From: Chiloscyllium plagiosum
Lineage: Eukaryota
Assembly: GCF_004010195.1 (NCBI RefSeq)
Contig: NC_057718.1
Coordinates: 37,614,007 to 37,678,006, forward strand
Direction: 5' to 3'
Length of the DNA stretch: 64,000 nt
Position numbers and translations under genes: made by a program. Below are positions 51,465 through 61,691 of this stretch, piece after piece (the first letter of the stretch is position 1; each line of letters opens with the position of its first letter). Below the pieces are notes generated by a model. That model was not told the origin of the DNA, searched no databases, and worked only from the letters and a program-made list of their open reading frames with translations.

Positions 51465-52240
51465 CAGTCAGATAGTCATAAAGCACGGAAACAGACCCTT
51501 CGGTCCAATCAGTCCATGTCAAACATATTCCCAAACTAAACTAGTCTCACCTGTCTGCGCTTGGTTCATCTCCCACAAAACTTTAGGAAGAGGGGAAAGA
51601 TATAAAAGAGACCTATGGGGCAATATTTTCATGCAGAGGGTGGTGCGTGTATGGAATGAGCTGCCAGAGGAAGTGGTGGAGGCTGGTACAATTGCAACAT
51701 TTAAGAGGCATTTGGATGGGTATATGATTAGGGAGGGTTTGGAGGGATATGAGCTGGGTGCTGGCAGATGGGACTAGATTGGGTTGGGATATCTGGTCGG
51801 CATGGGCGGGTTGGACCGAAAGGTCTGTTTCCATGCTGTACATCTCTATGACTCTATGACTCTACTCATCCAGATGTCTTTTAAACATTGCAAATGTATC
51901 CACATCCGACACTTCCTCTGGAAGTTCATTCCACACACAAAATACTCTCTGTGTAAAAACCTTCTTCTCTCACCTTAAAAATATGCTTGCTTGTCTTGAA
52001 ATCCCCTGCCATAGGAAAAAGACACCTGCCTTTCACCCTATCTAAATCCCTCATGATTTTGAACACATCTTTAAGGTCACTCCTCAACCTCCTACTCTCC
52101 AGTGAAAAAAGCCCCAGCCTATCCAGCCTGTCCTTATAACTCAAACCCTTCCATTCCTGATAACATCCTGGTAAATCGTATCTGAACTCTCTCCAGCAAA
52201 ATAATATCCTTCCTATAACAAGGCAACCAGAACTCCTCTT
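51465..52240 (-). mobile_element. CR1 3' fragment, split by an opposite-strand CR1 tail
   Basis: SYKDRLDRLGLFSLESRRLRSDLKDVFKIMR on the minus strand; tail at 51465-51584. Confidence 0.8.
51585..51864 (+). mobile_element. CR1 (HER1-like) 3' end nested in the opposite-strand CR1
   Basis: Closely matches 55165-55441 and ends in (ctatgact)n. Confidence 0.85.
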
Positions 52241-54589
52241 TATCTGCTGGGAGTTGCTACCTAAACATTATACTGGAGAGCCTTGTACCTCATCTTTATT
52301 GCCAGTCCAAAGTGAGGAAAACAACAACTGGAGAACTTTACCATGGATCAGATGTGGGCAGTGTCAGTGGATGTGGTTGTGTGCCAAATGGCCATCAAAA
52401 ATTTGGGATCTTAAAATTTAAGTTGTAAAGCTTTCAGCTGCAGTTTAGAGTTACCTAAGAATTTAAGCTTTCATGTACTGAGGATGTTTATGCTGCTAAC
52501 TCAAATTTTGCCTGTTCTCCACTGGGCTTAGTGCCCAATGTGGTGGTCTTTGTCAAAAATTGGAATAGGACACTTAGCCCCTGTTTATAATTACATTGAA
52601 ACATCAACCAATTCATTTTTCCTTTTCAATCAAGGGCTACATTGAACAAAAACTCATTTGTACAGCAAGTTTTTTTAAAAAGTTTAAATTGAACATGAAT
52701 TTAGTTTCGAAGATCCGACCTCTATTTTTGATCAGTTAATAACGTGGAAAGTCATGCCTTTTAAATTGTCCCATGAACAAGGGAAAGATAGTTTCAGGAA
52801 GACAGGTAGTTGCTTACTGCTGGAAACCTTTTCAATAGTATGATCAAAATTGACCTCAGTCCTTGCTCCCTAATTATAAAATGATTTCGGTAATGTTTTT
52901 CCCTTGTGCAGTGTATATCCAAAATACATAAAGCAGTATATTTAGTGCGTAAATGGATAAAAGGTACGAGCAAAAAGCCCAATTGCTTCCCCACCCCTGC
53001 ACAGAAGCACTCAAGAAAATATCTTCAACTGGTTGCTTAGAGGGTGAATTTGCACAGAAAGAAAAGTAGATTTTTAATTGTCGTGGTCTAGTCCACTATG
53101 TCCAATTAGCTATTCTAAGTGATCTGCTGGCGCCCTTCAGGAGATCTATTCTCACTTGTAATGCTGAGTCCAATCCTATCCCACATTCCTGCCACACTGT
53201 GAGGAGTTCTCATTGCTTGCCCCACCCAGTCCACTGAATGTTGTCTTGGAAGGAGCAAATGGAAGTTTTATCTCTGACTCAGCCTGCTGGACTCCCCACA
53301 ACTCACCCTCCAAACACTCCAAGGCAACAGCGACTCTTGATTACCCTGCTATGATCCCTTTTATATAGTTTCACTGAAGTAGATTGTCATGTGAACTTTA
53401 TTTCTGCAGAAATATTCGACAAAAATATTTGTATAAATTGCTATGTTTCCTATGTTTCAGAAATAGGTTCCTGGCTATAAACTAAATAAAATGCCTTTCA
53501 GCCTACTCTGAACATTCAGAGGATATGATATTTATAATGTAAATACAAATACATTTTATTTTATGGCTAGTCAGGCAGAAATCTTAATGATCTGTCAGGG
53601 AATCACAGAAACGAAAGTTTCCGCCAGCACTAAATGTTCACCACCCCAATCTGTAATTCAGATATGGGGATTCTGGTGAATTGACAGATACTGTAGTGAG
53701 TTTACAGGTGAAACTACACATTGTCTAGTCAAGGGGTTCTTCTCATTCGCTATGGGAAACAAACTCACATATTGTTGCAGTGTTAAATCAGATGCCGCAA
53801 AGAGGGACAATGCCATTTTCTGCCTGAAACAACTGCAATCATTACACGTTTGGAGGCACAAACTCTCAAGTTATGCAGACTCTTCATCTGTAGTGTCTGG
53901 CAAAGAAGGCCTCAATACTTTTTAACCCTAAGGTTCCATGATCCAAAGAAAGCAGTTGGTTTTGGCACCAAAGGTCATCTTCACAAATCTCAACAGAATT
54001 AGTCTGGATGAAGTTCACTGACCTTACTAGGGCAGCCAAGGTAAAAGGAACAATGACATCTTATAACACTGCATATATTCCAATTAAACTACCTTACCTT
54101 CACTATCTTAAACACCGTCTAAACATAACGGGAAATAATATCCGTCCCAAAACCTTCCTTCTACTATATGTATTCCTCACTCACAGCCTAATATGGAGGA
54201 AGGTACATTTTGAACAGAGCCAGACAAAGGATTATTTGCCAAGAGCTGTGGTTGTTGTGGAGAAGTGATTGTTGTCACAAATGAATGAGCTAATATGTTT
54301 GCTTGAATAGTAGAACTCGCAATGCCATTGAATCTTATTTTGGGGAAACTACACTTATTGGCCACAAGTGCACCCAGATGTCTCTTTCTAATTGCCTGCT
54401 TACATTAGTGCCCTTCTTAATTTTGTCTCTTCTTTCTTTACATCATCCAGTCAGGAGAATCTGTAACAGAAACACTATTACTTCCAGTGTTATTTGCCTG
54501 AATGTTAAGAAGTGCCTCACTGTATTCATAGCACTTTGAAAAAAGAAACACACTTGGATAAAATACACTGGGCTGAAAATTCTGAAAAG

Positions 54590-55441
54590 TTCGCTGAGCC
54601 AGTGGACTGATGAGTGGCAGATGCAGTTTACTTTATGTAAATGCAAGGTGCTGCATTTTAGAAAAACAAATCAGAGCTGGACTTGTACAGTTAATGACAA
54701 AGTCCTGGGGAGTTTTGCTGAACAGAGACCTTGGAGTGCAGGTTCATAGCTCCTTGAAAGTGAAGTCGCAGGTAGATAGGATAGTGAAGAAGGTATTTGG
54801 TATGCTTTCCTTTATTGATCAGAGTATTGAGTGTAGGAGTTGGGAGGTCATGTTGCAGCTGTACAGGATGTTGGTTCGGCCACTTTTGGAATATTGCATG
54901 CAATTCTGATCTCCTTCCTATTAGAAGGATGTTGTGAAACTTGAAAGGGTTCAGAAAAGGTTTACAAGGATGTTGCCAGGGTTGGAGAATTTTAGCTTTA
55001 GGATGAGGCTGAATAGGCTGGGGTTGTTTTCTCTGGAGCATCGGAAGCTGAAGGATTACTTTATAGAGGTTTACAAAATCATGAAGAGCATGGATGGGAT
55101 AAATAGACAAAGTCTTTTCCTTGAGGTGGGGAAGTGCAGAACTAGAAGGCATAGGTTTAGGATGAGAGGGGAAAGATATAAAAGAGACCTAAGGGGCAAC
55201 TTTTCCTGCAGAGGGTGGTGCATGTATGGAATGATCTGCCAGAGGAAATGGTGAAGGTTGGTACAATTGCAACACTTAAAAGGCATCTGGAAGGGTATAT
55301 GAATAGGAAGGGTTTGGAGGGATATGGGCCAGCTGCTGACAGGTGGGACTAAATTAGGTTGGGATATCTGGTCGACATGGTTGAGTTGGACCGAAGGGTC
55401 TGTTTCCATGCTGTATATCTCTATGACCGTATGACTCTATG
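54590..55441 (+). mobile_element. 5'-truncated CR1 (HER1-like) LINE
   Basis: RDLGVQVHSSLK...LYRMLVRPLLEYCMQF; KLERVQKRFTRMLPGL...; tail ctctatgaccgtatgactctatg. Confidence 0.9.
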
Positions 55442-55729
55442 AGTGTCAATTTCATGGAATTTCATGGAGAGTTTCTCTTTGTGAGGTCTAGTAAGTTTGC
55501 ATGCACATTTCTATGCTGCACATTAGCTAAGCACCATCCCCCATAGCACAACTCTATCTTGTGTTTACCAGCAGCAGATCATCTCACTGCTGCTGGCACC
55601 TTCTGGCATTCTTGCCATTGGCACCATATTTAAAGCCCAGCTTTGTGCCAATCCAAATGCTGCCTTTTACAATTTTAGTGTAAGAAGATTTGCCTGAGAA
55701 ATGGCTGGCTGAGGCAAGTTGGCACTTAC

Positions 55730-55890
55730 AGGGAGCTGGAGGTCCTGGTAGATGGAGTGGAGGACAGGAGGGCTGTTCTCTTTCCTCAGGACTACCAGAA
55801 GAGCCCATAGTACCAAACATTGCTAGCCTGCTCTGAAATGACCACTGCTGGAAAGCTCATCAACTCTGGAAGAAACTTAATGACCTCTGC
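55730..55890 (+). mobile_element. Decayed Harbinger Myb/SANT-like accessory ORF remnant
   Basis: RELEVLVDGVEDRRAVLFPQDYQKSP*YQTLLACSEM, then after a frameshift QLWKKLNDL; resembles the Myb_DNA-bind_5 (NAIF1-like) pattern. Confidence 0.6.
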
Positions 55891-57434
55891 ACTCCGCAGG
55901 GGCTAGTACCACCCTCTTGACTTTGCTACCTCACAATCACTCCAACTCTGCCACTGCATACAATCCCAACAAGACTCATCATCAACCACTTTTACTTTTA
56001 TATGCCACATCTTCCCCTAATGTAATAAATTGCAGCCACCCGGCACCCACTCAGAATTCCATGCAATTGTCTCCATCCCATTTCTCTCCACTGCATGAAT
56101 AATAGTAGAATGCATATAAATGAGGTGGGATTATCTAATAATGAGGTGCTAATACATGAAGACCAGACCCTTACCAATCACTACATGATTCTGATCATTA
56201 CATTCTTATGAGCAAAATCAACTTTATTTTCTCAAAGTTGAGGATTTTTTTTTAAAATTTACTGTAAGATAGATAGAATCCTGATGAGTAGGGGAATCAG
56301 GAGTTGAGGATAGGGCTGGAAAGTGGATGTGAGGAATGCTGGATCAGCCATGATCCTTTTGAATAGCAAAGCAGATTCGAGGCCCAAATGGCTTCCTCCT
56401 GTTCTAACTGCTGGGAAAATTCAGCTCAGTATCTTAATAAAATTGCTTTTGGTCTAACAAGAAGAAAATCTTCTGCATTCAGGCATTAGTTTCTCAAGGG
56501 CATCACAGGCAGCAAAGAGGTAATTTCACAATCAAACATTAATACATCATTTAAATATACTTTGTATCAAGTCACAAAATGCACTTACATCTCAGCAAGG
56601 AAATAGAAGAGTTTTGTCTGGGTGGTATTACTCCCTACCCTATTTTAACCCTGAATTCTTCACAAAGCTGATAATAAACAAAAGAAAAGCTAGGTGTCTT
56701 TGATTCAGCCTGATTAATTTGGCCCATTATTCCATCACTCCTTCCAGACACACTGGGCGGGAACTTTACACTTTGCACCTCATCAACACTAGTGAGTTGC
56801 TTGAGGGAAAAAAACAAACAATAATTGACAAAAAATGGCACAAAGCCCATGAGAACTTAGTATGAACATAAAAAGACATGGCTAAAATACATTTATGCTG
56901 TTACTGTTTACTGTACGAGCTCCATGACCTTCAGGATGCTTGCTATTGCTTGCTATTGCTGATCAACTATGGACATCCAATTGAAACAGACTCTCCTGCT
57001 CACCACGACTGCAGAAAACCATCAGCCTCAAATTCACTATTACAGATTAAAGTGAGGTGCCTATCCATTTCCATCAGAATATAAATCTACTACATTCCTG
57101 ATAATCTTAGACTCCCCTCTTTGCCTCGTCTGACCACCCAGTTACCACATCCAATTATCCAATCAACAATGAATCCCGGAGCATCATGCACAGCCTTAAA
57201 CATGACCAAACCCATTTAGCATTGCTTAATAAAGACACTACAACACTCCTGCAGCAGTAGGCAATAATGAAAAACAAAGAGGAAGCCCAAGATATATTTT
57301 TAAAATGTTTGGTGACAAACATTTCTAATCCTTTCCTATTTCAAATTATATTCAAGATTGTAAATATTATTTTTTCATAGCTGCAAAGTTTCTTAAAGAG
57401 AAATCAATTGGTATTGGGGTCGCCTGATTGCCTT

Positions 57435-57792
57435 GGGAGGTGATATTGAAGTGGTCATGTCACTGGACTAGTGATCCAGAATGCCAGCTTCATGTTCTGA
57501 GGATGTGGCTTGAATCCCACTTTAGCAGATGGTAAAATTTGAATTCAGTAAATATCTGAAATAAAAAGCTAGCCCCGTAGCAACCACCTAACCATTGTCG
57601 ATTGCTGTAAAAACTTATCAGGTTCACTAAAACCGTTCAAGGAAGGAAATCTGCCATCCTTTCCTGGTCTGACCTATATGTGACTCCTGACCCAGAGCAA
57701 TGTAGTCAACTCTGAACTGCCTTCTGGTCACTGAGGGGTTAGCAATAAATGCTGATCTAGCCAGTGCTGCCCATATCCAAATAATGAATACA
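57435..57792 (+). mobile_element. tRNA-headed SINE with LINE-derived tail (second SINE family)
   Basis: gtggtcatgtcactggactagtgatccaga...ttgaatcccac...aaggaaggaaatctgccatcc...gcaataaatgctg...gcccatatcc. Confidence 0.7.
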
Positions 57793-59721
57793 TTGGTTTT
57801 CAGAATGCCCTGTGACATTTAACAGTACAATATTGGTTCTCAATAAATCAGTAACAGTATCTGGAAATACTTGATAACCCATCAGAGTCAGAGCAGTCAT
57901 TGTATATCATACAGAACCGGTATAAAAATGGAAAATGTGAGATCCGGCCCTGAGCTTTTAGAAAGCACTCAGAAAATAATGTCAATCACACAACGAATGT
58001 TCATACATCATTAATTGGAAGAATTAGATCTTTGTTATTTATAAAGTATACATAGCCAACATTCACATTATGTTCTCCCAGCTGACCAACAGATCCTTGA
58101 ATGAATTCCCCAGAGCGTGGACAAAAATTAATAACCATAAAACATAAAAATGACACATTATTTACCTAGCACGCCTGTCTGCTCACCAAAATTGTTCACC
58201 ATCTGGATTACTGGAAGGAGGGAAAATGAGGCAAATATTTTGACAGTTTGACACCTTCCATAACTCATTCCTATGTGCATGTATTTTAATATGTGTCATT
58301 ATGCTTCATTTGAAATAGCAACTGCATTAACTATCTACAGTGCGTATAGAATGAATATACCACTTAGTTATGCATCTCCCAGAATGAACATATTACATTA
58401 AAGTGCTAACCTTCTTTACATGTTTTTTTTAGAGAGCACATTCAAAATCACACTAGAATAAAACTACATTTGTAATTCCTCCAAAAATATCCTGGTCATT
58501 CTCCTTTGACTACTTAATTGACTATTACACAAAATGGCAGGTAGGGTCAATTTAGATTGCACAAGGCTTCCTCACAATGTTTTAGCAAAATTACTCCTGT
58601 CTCGACTTCCTGTCATTTCATTTTTCAGCTGTCACCTTTGATAACATAGTGACTTGAATTTCATGCTGTCGTATACTCAAAGGACACACTGTTACACATT
58701 TGGATCTTCGCTGTACATGTTACTCAGGATACTTTAATGTCTATAATCCAGACTGCCCGTTAAGTGAAGTACGCTCAGGAAAAGTAACTTTTCTCTGTTG
58801 TTCAATCTATCCTGTACATCCACAGCCATCTTCGCCCATCACAGTAATCTGCAGAGTAACATTAAAGTTAGTTTAGGTTCCAGATGCTAAGTAAATTTAT
58901 TAAACAGTAGATAAACAAACAAATAAATCACATATATAATTGTAGTTATGAAAAAATAAATTTTAAATAACAACTCTTCAAAATTAGAAAAATATTATAA
59001 GGTTTGCCATTTGTACCCTCCCCTCAGGGCTGCTATGTTAACAGACATTTTTTAATAATGGTCATTTCCAACTCTGTCCTCATCTATGCTCCTTAATTAG
59101 AATGAAACCAGCTTCTGCAAATAGCAGTGGTTCAAGGGTTGAACAGCCCTTCCACCTGGAGTGGGTTTTTGGAACTACAAAAGCAATACATTTTTGTGCA
59201 TCTAACGTACAACTCCAACCTCACAGATTGCAAGGTCCTTCTAGAACTTGTGCTCCCTGTCCTGTCAGCTGTCTGTTCACACCAGAAACCGATGCTTCAG
59301 ATAGCTAACTTCATTTAATATAAATAGTCTGGCTTCAGGAGAAAGCAGCTGGTCCTGACATCATACAGCTCAGTCTGTACCAAAAGGCAACAAGGCTGCT
59401 GACAGGTTTTTTGCTATGACGGAAGGGAACAGAGAAGTCAAAGGGCAGCAATGTTTGTAGCCAAATGTGTTCGAACAACAATGGGATCAAATAGCGAGAA
59501 AGCCCATATTACTGTCACCTTAATCCAATTTATTTTATTCCTCTCTATGGGTGATATGCACCTGTTCTCAGATCTTTGCTTCCTCTTTTCTTTCACTCAG
59601 GTGCTGTGAATTTCACTGGCTGGGCCAACGTTTACTGTCTATTTCAGATTCCCTTAAGTAGGTGAGGGTTAACTTTCTTCTGAACAGCCACAATCCAGTT
59701 CCTTTCCACTGATCAATCACA

Positions 59722-59890
59722 GGGAGAAAGTGAGAACTGCAGATGCTGGAGAGTTAGAGTCAAAAAGTGTGGCGCTGGAAAAAAAACAGCAGGTCAGACA
59801 GCATCCAAGAAGCAGGAGAGTTGGTGTTTCGGGCATAAGGCCTTCATTCCAGCCAGACCTACTGTGCTTTTCCAGCGCCACACTTTTTGA
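59722..59890. mobile_element. PLE family A asymmetric hairpin with degenerate 14-bp TSD
   Basis: ac[t/a]gatca[a/t]tcaca at 59708-59721 and 59891-59904. Confidence 0.8.
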
Positions 59891-60384
59891 ACAGATCATT
59901 CACAACCTAGAGAAGGGAGCCAGGAGGAGGAGCAAAAGGAAGAGAAGGATGAAAATGAGGAACATTGATGATCAAGGAGGAAGCAGAGACAGGTCTTTCC
60001 ACATCTTGAAACAGTCCCCTCTTTCACCTTATCAGTCCACCAGTTCAGAACATCGAGCAGGTTACTGAGGAAGAGAATGTTTGTGGTGATGGGGATCAGA
60101 TCAGGAGAGTAGTGGAGTTGTATGAGGATGGTGAAGAAAGATGATATGAATGTAAGAATTAACACAAAAGGTGAAGTGAGGTAAAGGAGTGAGAAACAGA
60201 AGAGGGTGGCTCAGCAGAAAATGCTAAATCTGGGATTCTCAGTGGGCAATGATTATGGAAATAACCTACAATGGACATGCTAAACAAACAAAGCACAAGC
60301 CCAGAACCAGCAGCATTATTGAGCAGGGCCATTAAGACTGACCAGTGTTTTAGCTGTAGTAAAACTGGACATTGCATTAGAGAT

Positions 60385-60595
60385 TAAAGTGAGGTCTGCA
60401 GATGCTGGAGATCAGAGCTGAAAATGTGTTGCTGGAAAAGCGCAGCAGGTCAGGCAGCATCCAGGGAACAGGAGAATCGACGTTTCGGGCATAAGCTCTT
60501 CTTCAGGAATCAGGGCTTATTCCCGAAACGTCGATTCTCCTGTTCCCTGGATGCTGCCTGACCTGCTGCGCTTTTCCAGCAACAGATTTTCAGCT
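60385..60595. mobile_element. Young PLE family A hairpin with 15-bp TSD
   Basis: cattgcattagagat at 60370-60384 and 60596-60610; near-perfect arms. Confidence 0.9.
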
Positions 60596-61099
60596 CATTG
60601 CATTAGAGATCACAGTCAGAATAAGAAAGGAGAGCTGTAAAGTAGTTGATTGTGGGAAACAGGGATGCAGACGTAAAACTATTTAATGAGTATGAGAGAA
60701 TGTTGCACTGAATTTCAGCACTTCACCATCTTTTCCTGTAATATCCTGAAACTGATCATAGCAATTCTGCCATTACGGCATGAATTAGTCATCTCAGAAA
60801 AGCCTTCAAGACAATTCAAACCTCCCCTGCCCAGTGATGTCTTCTGACAGATAAGGGAAGTTCCGCTATGGAGGATTGGAATGTGGCAACAGCCACACTT
60901 TCTGCTTACAGAGCATCCTCTTCTTTCCAGGGTGACTTCTGTCTTTCAGGCAGGGCACTTAGCAGTTATATAGTCAACCCATGGTACCTTAAAGTGATGA
61001 CGGCCTGGGAAGCAGTGGAGAGGGCCCTAGAGTCTACGAAATGGTTTTTTTGAGAAAAGTTATCAGGCAATCACAACAGGAAGGGCCCTTGGAAAAAAG

Positions 61100-61691
61100 C
61101 TTTTTTTACTAATTCTTTCATGAAATGTGGATCTCATTGGTGATTTGTTGCCCATTTCCAAATGTACTTGAAATGATTGGCTTGCTAACTTTTTCAGAGG
61201 AGAAAGTGAGGACTGCAGATGCTGGAGATCAGAGCTGAAAATGTGTTGCTGGAAAAGCGCAGCAGGTCAGGCAGCATCCAAGGAGCAGGAGAATCGACGT
61301 TTCGGGCAAACATTCCTGAAGAAGGGCTCCTGCCCGAAACGTCGATTCTCCTGCTCCTTGGATGCTACCTGACCTGCTGCGCTTTTCCAGCAACACATTT
61401 TCAGCTCTAACCTTTTCAGAGGTCAGTTCAGAGCCAACAATGTTGCTATGGGTCTGCGGTCACTTGCAGGCCACATCATGCAAGAATTAGTGAAAAAATT
61501 GTTTATAACACTTTATGATAGTCATTATAGTTAGATCTTTACAGAGAGTGGCTTTCAATTTCAGATCTATTAATTGAATTTAAATTCCACCAGCTGCCGT
61601 GGTAGCATTTAAACCCACACTCCCAGACCATTAGCCTGGGTATCTGGGTAACTTGTCCAGTGACGTTATCACTATGCCACAGTCTTCCCCT
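61100..61691 (-). mobile_element. tRNA-headed SINE (second family), interrupted by a PLE hairpin
   Basis: Homologous to 45493-45817; the head ends ccactatgccacagtcttcccc on the plus strand. Confidence 0.7.
61201..61406. mobile_element. Young PLE family A hairpin with about 16-bp TSD
   Basis: ctaac[t/c]ttttcagagg at 61185-61200 and 61407-61422; core CTGAAGA-A-GGGC(TCCT)GCCC-GAAAC-GTC at 61316-61343. Confidence 0.9.

Noticed and set aside
1723..61406. Hairpin repeats as classical MITEs or a CRISPR-like array
   Set aside because: They are dispersed rather than regularly spaced, the arms are asymmetric, TSDs are long and variable, and the sequence is the terminus of GIY-YIG-bearing PLEs.
247..61410. 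Recurrent small ORFs with CRCWRSE..CCWKSAAGQAAS or MLEIRAE... as a gene family
   Set aside because: They are chance translations of the PLE terminal repeat in various frames, with no consistent start or stop.
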